A stretch of DNA of 64,000 nt from IMG/VR virus record IMGVR_UViG_3300025326_000019; one strand, 5' to 3'. Position 1 is the first letter of the stretch. Each line of letters opens with the position of its first letter. The stretch is from an uncultured virus (IMG/VR IMGVR_UViG_3300025326_000019) (taxonomy: Duplodnaviria > Heunggongvirae > Uroviricota > Caudoviricetes). Position numbers and translations under genes: made by a program. Shown here one piece after another: positions 46,606 through 56,000 of this stretch. The notes beneath the pieces are model-generated. The model was not told the DNA's origin. It did not search any database and saw nothing but the letters and a program-made list of their open reading frames with translations.

Positions 46606-47672
46606 CTATGGTCGATATTATCTGGCTCGCAGGTATTATTGAAGGCGAGGGATGTTTTAGTGATGTTTATCCAATTATTCAATTACAGATGACTGATAAA
46701 GATGTTGTCGAACGCGTAGCCAGTTTATTTGATAGACCACTAAGAGCATGGCAATCTAAAACTACAGGTCTTAAGCGTGTATACATTTGTAACGTGTCTG
46801 GGACTGACGCTATTTCTTGGATGATGACGTTGTACTCTGAAATGGGCACGCGTAGAAGGGGACAGATTAAGGAAGCTATAAACAAATGGAAAGCGTCCTC
46901 TCGAATTCCTCGAGGAGCAAATGGACGCAGGCTACCGGCTATCTGTCATCCTGATAGGTTACGTAAGGCTCACGGATTGTGTCCATCTTGTAGTGTAAAG
47001 AACTATAGATCGCGTGGTAACACTATGTCTGGAGATAGAATAAAACCAAGTGACTTACATCTACGCGTGAACGCGAAAATCCAAAATACGCATTCCATTG
47101 ATATCGCGAGAACGCGACCTGACTTAGGGGATATTACACCCATAGCTAAGGATATTTCTTGGCTTGCTGGCGTTCTTGAAGGCGAAGGATCATTCCTTAA
47201 AGCGAACAGGCAGCCTGTAATTTCGTTAGCAATGGCAGACCGTGATGTTATAGAACATGCTGCGCGTTTGTGGAATAGAGCTGCTAATACATGGCACCGC
47301 AAGGGTTCAACCTGTAAAGGTTCAAATTACAAACCCATACATTTCTGTCGTGTTACCGGCGTTGCTGCCATTTCTTGGATGATGACCTTGTATTCTAGTA
47401 TGGGTATTCGTAGGAAACAACGAATCAAAAGTCTTATAGAGGAATGGCGAGCTTCTTCAAATATGCCCAAGAGCTCAAGGGGTTATCGTTTCCCTGCTAT
47501 CTGTCACTCGGATAGAGTACGTCATGGACGTGGTCTTTGTCGTGCGTGTTATTGGAAAATTCACGGCAGTCCCAAAAGAAATACGAGCAAGCGATGCATG
47601 AACGATTCAACGTACAGCAATCTAACAAACACGAACGATGTACGACAAAACGAAGTTGAAGTAACGTCTTAA
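46602..47672 (+). CDS. free-standing tandem LAGLIDADG endonuclease (duplicated LAGLIDADG+Zn unit)
   Basis: WLAGIIEGEG and WLAGVLEGEG, each followed by AISWMMTLYS.MG.RR and PAICH.DR....GLC..C; AT-rich. Confidence 0.9.
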   Translation: MTMVDIIWLAGIIEGEGCFSDVYPIIQLQMTDKDVVERVASLFDRPLRAWQSKTTGLKRVYICNVSGTDAISWMMTLYSEMGTRRRGQIKEAINKWKASSRIPRGANGRRLPAICHPDRLRKAHGLCPSCSVKNYRSRGNTMSGDRIKPSDLHLRVNAKIQNTHSIDIARTRPDLGDITPIAKDISWLAGVLEGEGSFLKANRQPVISLAMADRDVIEHAARLWNRAANTWHRKGSTCKGSNYKPIHFCRVTGVAAISWMMTLYSSMGIRRKQRIKSLIEEWRASSNMPKSSRGYRFPAICHSDRVRHGRGLCRACYWKIHGSPKRNTSKRCMNDSTYSNLTNTNDVRQNEVEVTS

Positions 47673-47707
47673 CTAATACGATGTAACTATGCGAAAAGGG
47701 GAAGAAA

Positions 47708-48741
47708 ATGGCTCAGGAGGCAAAGCGTTACAGGCGCCGCAAGAAGGAAGACGTCAGCCCACGGGCTCAGGCGCACTAAGCGAGTGATCGCTTACGTGAA
47801 TCACGGCGAAGTCGGGGAACGCCCAGCCGGTCACCCGCCGGCGGCCAATCCCGAGCCAAGCGTTGCGAAGAGGGAGAACGCACTCCGCGGTACTCTCGCA
47901 ATGGCGTGTGTAGAGACTGGGTGCCGTGCGCTCCGGTGCGTTATCGGAGATGAAGGGACAGTCCGCGCCTCTGCGGAAGCAGAGGATTACGCGCTTCATC
48001 GATGGGTACTTTGTAGACAATGCCAACGTTGCAACGCCAGATGTGAACAAGACAGACGAAACCTTCCACGTATTCGGCAAGGATTCGCCCGAGTCCGATG
48101 TGCTGAACAACTACGGCACACTGACCCTGGGCCTGCTCGACAAGTACACGTCCAACGCCATCCTCGATCTGATCACGGGTCAGGATCCTGGAGACACGGC
48201 ACCGCATCGCTATCAGGCCGACGACCTTGGCACGGTGCACGTGTGGGCGAATATCAAGGATGCCAAGAATACGCAGTACCTCAAGTCGTGGTTCCTTGGC
48301 GGGTGGGCACCTGGTCTGCCAATGCCGTCAGGCAATCCGGAAGCCAAGGCTGCGGTGTCGATTGTCGGCAACGGACATTTGCCAGAACAGTATCAGGGCT
48401 GCTTCGTCATGATGAAGAAGGTGTCTTCAGGCGCAGCGGTATCCATGGGCGTCACGCCGATCCCGGTGCCCACAGGATCGCTGTCCGGCAATCCGCCGGA
48501 GAAGTACGCGATTTCCGTCAAGGCGATCAACGATACGACTGCATCGCCGGGCGGCAAGTTCGATCAGGAAGAGGTTACAGTGACGGCGGCGATGGTCACC
48601 TCGGCAGGGACCGTGGTATTTTCCGAGATCATGTCGCAAACGACACTGCCGGCCGTGACGCATGCGGCGGTGTACTACCTGTCGAGCGGGACCGGTGTGT
48701 ACCCGACGGCGAGTGCTAAGCCGGATAAGCTGCGGACGTAA
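47708..48741 (+). CDS. major tail tube protein (putative), spliced, 264 aa: join(47708..47754,47994..48741)
   Basis: Spliced product MAQEAKRYRRRKKEDV-FIDGYFVDN...; lies between the terminator and chaperone genes; followed by a hairpin. Confidence 0.8.
47755..47993 (+). mobile_element. group I intron 3 (239 nt, no ORF)
   Basis: P1 CGU|C with GGCG; P2 with GUGA tetraloop; P3 CACGGC/GCCGTG; R GTAGAGACTG, S GAAGGGACAGTCC; P9 CCTCTGC-GGAA-GCAGAGG; P9.0 then terminal G. Confidence 0.92.
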
Positions 48742-48781
48742 ACGGTAAAAGCGTCTTCTGACGCCGGAGCACCTGACAAGG

Positions 48782-48812
48782 GCGCCGCTTCCTGATTGTG
48801 GGGAGCGGCGCC
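48782..48812 (+). terminator. GC hairpin after the tail tube gene (no U tract)
   Basis: GGCGCCGCT / AGCGGCGCC stem. Confidence 0.55.
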
Positions 48813-48852
48813 ACAGTAAGACGTATAACGCACTCAAGCAAAGGAGCACGCA

Positions 48853-49749
48853 ATGGCTACCGATAAGGTCCGATCCCTGCCACGCCCGAAGTCTGCCGCC
48901 TCGAAGATCTTCGAACTGTTCAAGGAAACGGAATCCTACACGATTTTGGGTCCGCACGACGAACGCATTCCTATCTTGTTCCGGAGCCTCGATTACGGGC
49001 AGAATGCTGCCCTTGTCAAAGAAATGGACCTGATTCGGGCGGCCATCAAGGACGATTTCGAGGCTGAGGATCTCCGTGCGGGGCTCACCGATCAGGTGGT
49101 TCGGTTGACACGGGAGAAGCTCCTGGACGCGATTCTGAGTCTCGAGCGTCCGCTCGCCACTGAACAGGCGGATCTAGCGCCCGGCGCGGATCCTGAAGCC
49201 ATCGACGCGGCAAAGAAGGAACAGGAAGCCGTGGTCAAATGGGAAGAAGCTAGGAAGACTGAGCTTGAGGGTATGGAGGACAAGGATCTCCGGACCCTGG
49301 TCGTGGATCGGCAGACGCGGTTGCTCGTCAATAGCCGACTGCTTGGGGAATTCATGAATTCTTCTCTCGTGCACATGGTCCTCGATCCGGAGACTCAGGA
49401 CGCCATGTTTTCGGCGGATGCCTTCGAATGCGCGCAGTGCGGGAAGCGATCGCGGGATCTGTCGCCGACAGCGGAGATCTGCTGTGGGCAACCGATGGAA
49501 CCCGTGGCGAACTTCATCGGCCGCCTCGCGCCGCAAATCCGGGAGCAACTGGTCGAATTCCGTCGCCAGTTCACGATGAAGAAAGATGAGAAAGAGATTC
49601 GGAAGGTCGCCGAGTCGAACGCTTTTTTACCCTCTGGCGAGTCAGCCACAAAGTCGGACGATTCCCCTGGGGCAACGATCGAGACCCCGGCGACCTCCCA
49701 GCCTGTGTCGTCAGCTTATATTCCAGGAGAGGGTGGCTCGACAGTGTAG
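48853..49749 (+). CDS. tail assembly chaperone (gpG-like)
   Basis: Between tube and tape measure; contains a slippery site. Confidence 0.8.
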   Translation: MATDKVRSLPRPKSAASKIFELFKETESYTILGPHDERIPILFRSLDYGQNAALVKEMDLIRAAIKDDFEAEDLRAGLTDQVVRLTREKLLDAILSLERPLATEQADLAPGADPEAIDAAKKEQEAVVKWEEARKTELEGMEDKDLRTLVVDRQTRLLVNSRLLGEFMNSSLVHMVLDPETQDAMFSADAFECAQCGKRSRDLSPTAEICCGQPMEPVANFIGRLAPQIREQLVEFRRQFTMKKDEKEIRKVAESNAFLPSGESATKSDDSPGATIETPATSQPVSSAYIPGEGGSTV

Positions 49750-50051
49750 ACGAGGCCGTGGGGCATTATCCCAACGCTCCCACGCCGACGCGGGTAGAGC
49801 GGTGGGTAGGATCGTACTTCACGGAATGGATTGACGAAGCGCAGAGATTGGAGAAGGAGCGCATGAAAAATCCTGAGGTGACCACGCATCCTGGATTCGG
49901 TCGGCAAGGCGAAATAGAAGCAGGCCATTGGGTCCAGTGGTTTGAATTAGTGGATGGCCTCAATGCACGAGATGACGAAGACACTGATGATCGTGATTCT
50001 GAAATCGAGGAAGAGCATATTGTACCTGATGAAGATGAGGACGAGAATTAG
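48853..50051 (+). CDS. tail assembly chaperone -1 frameshift product (gpGT-like)
   Basis: T TTT TTA at 49623-49629 in the zero frame; the -1 frame is open from there to the stop at 50051. Confidence 0.8.
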
Positions 50052-50053
50052 CC

Positions 50054-53000
50054 ATGGCTGATCAAGCGACAGATCTCCTCTTAACTATTGGTGCTGATAC
50101 TACAGCGCTGAGACAGCAGATCGCGCTGCTCAGTCAAGAGCTTGGTGTTGCTATTCAGCCGATCAAGCTGAGGGTTGAAGCAACTGGGGTTAAGGAAGTT
50201 GAGCAAGGCCTGACAGGTGCGCAGGTAGCCGCTAGTAAAGTTACTGCTGAACTCAATGATGTTCAAAAGGCCCTTGATCGTAATGCAGCGGCTACTGTAC
50301 GGTGGCAAGCAGAATTTGCCGCCGGAACGCAGAGAGCTGGTCGAATACAATCTGCTGCCATTGCTGAAAATGAAACGTTAACCAGAAAGCTCGGAGTTAC
50401 ACAGATTCAAAGTGGGCTGGAATATGAAGCTCTACTCCGAAAACTTGGCGTTACGCAGATTCGAGCGGCGACAGAATACGAAGCTGCGGTACGGAAATTA
50501 GGCGTTGCACAAGTTCAAGGATATGCAGAGAATGCCCGCCTTGAACAGCAACAACAATTGCAGCGTATTCGTAATATCGAAGCACTTAAAGTACAACTTG
50601 CCCAGCTTCAGAAACTGCAAGCAAGTATTAATCTCCCCGCTGGATTTACTTCGCAGATTACGACATTGCAGGGCGCTCAAGCAACGCTACAAGCAGGCGG
50701 TATTATTGATCCCGTTGTACTCGCTCGACTCAAGACCCAAACGAGCGAATTTCGCCGCGAGATTGAAACACTGAATCCAAAGATTGCGCAAGCCGACTCC
50801 TTCCTCAGTACATTTTTCGGTCGCTTCGGTCGCTATATTCAGATCGCCGGGCAGTTGACTCTTGTCTACGGCGCCTTCCGGGCCGTCACGTCAGAGATTA
50901 CCGAATTCATCGCAGTTGACAAGATCCTGCACCAGATTGCTGCAACGATGGATCAGAGTGCGAATCGCGCTGAAGTATTGCGTCAGTCGTGGGCGCTCAT
51001 GGTGCAGGCAAATCAGGCCTTTGGTACGAGTTTTTCAGAAGCTGGCAAAGTGGTGTTTGAACTGCAGAAAGCGCTCAATAACAGCGCTGAACAGATTCAA
51101 GGTGCGTTTATTCCTGCTCTGGCATTAGCTTCACTCGGGGAAGGCAATCAGACAGAGATTATCCGGGCACTCATTGGACTCTATAAGATCTTTGGCGACA
51201 CATTAGGTAATACGACACCGCAGGAAAAGTATCTCGCCATTTCTGATAAATTGATCGCCGCAGCGGCGTCGTCTATCCAAGACATTGACGGATTCAGAAC
51301 TGCACTCCAAAACGTCGCACCAGTTGCAGCGGTAGCGAATATCAGCCTCAACGAAACTCTTGCCGGCTTAATTCTTTTGACGAACGGACTGCAATCAGCC
51401 AGCCGTGCTGGTACTGGTTTCCGGGCACTGATTGTCGATCTTCAGACACGCGGGCCGCAAATCGCCCAAGCACTAAAGATTCCATTTGATATTGATGCGC
51501 CATTAGATGCCATGAAATTGTTGGACCGGGTTATTGCGAAACTGAAAGAAACGGGTGCGACATCACTTCAGACACAACTCGCTATCAACGCAGCATTCCC
51601 GGATAAGCGTGCTGCCCTTGCATTGGAAGCGTTTGTTAAGACATGGGGAGACTACGGCAATGCTCTCAACGACGTCACAAATTCTGCTGGTAAAACTGGC
51701 GTTGTAGTCAAGGAATTATCTGAAACTGTCAGTGCGGCATTTGGACGCTTATCGGGAGCGTTATTCAAGGGATTTGCTGACAGTCTCGACGTATTGTTCA
51801 ACGTTAAACCAGGCGATACTGCTGGGCTTGTTCAGGCTATTGATGCTGTCACGGGTGCTATTAAGTTGCTTTCCGGTGATGCTGTAACAGCCATCACAAT
51901 CCTGAAACAGTTGTTGGAACTTGTTCCACGCATACCGAAATTACCGGGAGAAGGGCCTGGACGAACTGGCGCTGAAACAATACGACGCTTTGTCGGACAG
52001 GTTATCCCAGGGTTAGGTCTTGCGCAAGGATTAGCAGACATTAAGGCAGCGAATGACGCCCAGGTTATTGCAAATCAACTTGCAAGCGAGCAGCAATATC
52101 TGTTAGCTGCAGGAGTTGGGGATTCCCTTAAGAGCAATGCAATCCTTGCACAACGCACTGAGCTCACAGCAGAACTGAACAAACGCCTCGCGGAACTCCA
52201 TAGTATCGCCCAGGCGAATCTCGCAGTCAGCGATCAGACATTGTCGTTCGACGCGCGGCTGGCTGCGGCCGAATTTCTTATTACGAAACGTCGGCAGGAA
52301 CGGATCCAAGCTGAAAACGATTTTCGGCAATTAGATTTGCCCAAGGCTGAACAAGGCTCGATCGACACCGCTGGTGCAAAAGTTATTGCAACGCTCGAGG
52401 CGGAAAATCGAGCGATCAAGCAACGGTTGGAACTCAAGAAACAGGTCAATGATGCAGATATTGCTTTCTCTCAGCAACAGGCAAAGTCGGCAGAGGATGC
52501 CAGAAAAGCGCTTGAGGCCTTCGATAATCTGCTTGCATCACAGCAAGGCAAGCTCAAGGATCTGACGGCCAGCGAAAAGTTTGCGGCTGACGATATGGCG
52601 AAGTTGTTGAGCACGTTAAATGATTTGCAGTTCAAGGCCATCTCACCGGAGGAATTCGCAGCCCGTAATGCTGCCGTGACAGCATTTGGAATTGCCTTGC
52701 AAAGAAATCTCATTGAACCGCTCCTGCAAATTACGCGCTCTGATCAGGAAAATGCGCTTGAGAATTTGTTCGCCGCTATGCTAAAAGCTGGCCGAGAAGC
52801 CGATAATCTCCGGTCAAAACTCGGCCCAGGCGCGACCAGCGGTATCACTGGAGGTGTGCTACCAACAGGTATTGCCGTCCAGACACGATTGACTGAGCGT
52901 GATCTTGGTCTGGATAAGATGCGCGATGCCCTCAATCAACTCGGCGCGCAATCGTCAAACATTTTCGAGCAGATGATCCTTGATACAGCAGCCGCTGGAA

Positions 53001-56000
53001 AGGGATTTACAAGCTTTGCAGCATTGGTCGAAGCCTCCGCACACGCTGCGGCCATTGCAGAATCCATGCTCGAAGATGCGGCGACACCTGTCACTGAAGC
53101 GGAGCAAAAAGCTACCAAAGCAGCGTTAGATAGAGCCGATGCGCTTGCAATCCTCGTCACGGTAATCCAGAAACTTGTACCAGAAACCAAGGCACTTCAA
53201 AATGCAGAGATTACTGACGCCACCAGACAAACTACGAATGCCCTACGAGATGCCGTCGCAGCATTTGGTCAGGTGGGCGCGGAAACGCAAAAATATACCC
53301 TCGCACGCGTATCACTCAAACGTTCGTATGATGATCTCCTGCCAGCGGAAAAAGCGGAGATTGACGCGCTGGCAAGATTACAGGAACGTCTACAGATACT
53401 CTCAGCCCTTGATGCTGGTACGAAGACAGCCATTGACGACCTGAAACTTTTGACCGCCAATTTTGGCCTGTCGGATGAAGCTGCAGCGCGTAATACATTA
53501 GCAATCAAGCTCACGCATAAAACTTATACAGAGCTTGCTGAAGCAGCACAGGATTCATCTGATGAGCTTGTGGAATTCATTGCCACGCAAGCAAAATTAA
53601 CAGTTGAAGCCAAACGTGTGAACGATGTCCTTGCTCTACAAGCGATAGGGTTTAGTAAACTTGCGGCAGAAGCGATCGTCGCGCAGAATTCTATTAACGC
53701 TATTAAATTCAAGGCCCTAGATGATGCTATTGTGCAATTAGAAGCAGCGAATACTAGCACACAAAAGTTTGCGGAAAAGTGGTCAGAGTTGCAGGTTCAG
53801 TTAGCTCAACAAACTGGCAATCCCTTCGCCTTCTTTCTCGCATCCATGGACGCCGCAGGAGTCAAGGCCGGCGATTTCTGGGAGAATCTCCGCACGCTAG
53901 CTGAAGATACCGCGAAGCAGATGTCCAGTTCGCTGTCCGACTTCTTTTTTGCCAAGTTCACGGGCCAGTTGACCACTGCCAAGGAACTCTTCAAAGCATT
54001 CACAGACTCCATTCTTCGGTCCATCTCGAACTTTCTGGCCCAAGCTGTCGTCTCACAATTCTTGTCGCTCCTTGGCAGCGTGGGCAGTGCAGTGTTTGGT
54101 ACTGGAGGTAGCGCTGCAGCCAGTGCTGCAAGCGCTGTCGGCGGCACTGGCTTAGGAGGTATTTCGTCTTCGGCCTTGGCAGCCCTTGGATTATCAGTTG
54201 GTGGATCAGCACTGATTGCCGGGAATGCGCTCGGTATACCTGGATTGTCGTCAGCTGGTGGCGTCGGTTCGTTAGTGGGTGGGTTGAGCGCGGTCGTGCA
54301 GGCCGTGACAGCCAATACCTCAGCAATTACAGCGGCTACGGCTGGCACGGCAAACTTTACCACGGTGATGGGTCTTCAAATCAATGCACAGGCTGCGCAA
54401 ACAGCCGGGCTGTCTGGCCTTGGAAGTCTCCAGGGTATCGGGGGTCTTGCGGGTATTGCCGGTGGACTGCTGGGCCTTTTCGGTGGCGGTGGTTTACAAG
54501 TCCAAAGTGCTTCGTCATTACTCGGTCTTCTTGGAACTGGTATCGGCTTGGCTGGTGCAGTTGGAGCAGGTGGCTTAGGTGCAGCGGCAGCTGGTGCAGG
54601 TGCTGGACTTGCTGGCGCTGGAGCGGCGGCAGCTGCCTTCGCTCCCTACATCGCCGCCGTGGTCGCGGCGGTCTTCGGTATCATGAATTCATTCCAGACA
54701 TCGACGGCTGCCGGCTGGGCCGCACTGACGCCCGCGCAGCAAACAGGGACGGTTATCGGAGCGTCGATTGGCAATCCACTCCTTGCTCCGTTCGCGTTAT
54801 CAGGCATTATTCCAGCGCGGTATGCCTCATTCATCGACCCCATTGGTGGATGGATTGGCGGTCTGCTGGGCGGTCTCTTTGGAGGAGCACCACGGCTGAC
54901 CCACGCACAGCGTGAAGCGCTCGAGGCCAACCGTGCCATCAGCGCGGCCAACGTCTTCAATCAAAATATTGCGGCATCGATGACGCCGACACAATTGTTT
55001 AGTACGCTTGTCGCTCAACAGTCTCAGTCCGTAGGAGGGACAGCGAGTACCGCTATTTCCGTAGGCATTAGACGCCCAATGACCATTGATGAGTTGCGGG
55101 CGTTAGTAGCCGCTGGCGATATTTTGCTTCCGACTGGCAAAACTGTCGAAGAAGTGATCGCGACATGGTCGAATATGTTTGCCCCGGGTGCATCAACCAC
55201 ATTTGGTGTCGGTTTGCAAAATGCCGCGCAACCCGTGTGGACACAACAAGGATTTTTCAGACAGGCTGCGTTAGATCCAACGTCTGTGTTTTCTGGTATC
55301 CAAGCTGGCGTTACGCCAGGTCTTATCACGCCGGCAAATCAAGCCGTCGTGACGACGATCCTGAATCAAATTACGAATATCAAGACGCTGAGTACCGCGA
55401 TCAACCAAGCCATCGCGGATATCTTTGCCGGAACAGGACCAACGCCACCTATAAAATTAACTGACCATTTGAGGACGCAAGCCAAGGATTTTCGTACTGT
55501 TCTCGATCAACTCATTCAAGATAACGCTGACGAGCAAGCGAGAATCACCGGACTGCTAGAGACGGAAACAAACCCAGGGAAAGTCCTGGAATACACCGTA
55601 CAAATCAGAGACCTCATCCAAGCGCGCTATGACGATGAAATCAAGCTCGTCAAACAATTTGCTGGGGCGTTAGATGAGCTTGCGGCTAATTTCGTGAAGG
55701 TTGCCAAGGCCGTAGATGATCAGATTGCTGCACTCCAAGAACAGTATTTCCCTCTCGATCCAAGTAGTCCTGAAGCTGCAACGAAGCGGCAAGCAACCCT
55801 CTTTGATGCACAGAAGATTTTTAGCAGCGCAGTCAAGGACTTTTTTGGTGGAGCGACGAAGCCATCGATTACGTCTTTGGGTTTCGGTTCCGTTGTGCCG
55901 CCAACAAGCGAGATTATGACACCGGGTGTTGGTATTGCTGCGACACGATTCGGCCCCATTACTCCTGGTTTTACTGTCGGACCAGGAGGAACTCCTACCC

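Noticed and set aside
47784..48719. 311-aa alternative-frame ORF and the 47926 start
   Set aside because: Both begin inside intron 3; the spliced ORF from 47708 explains the region
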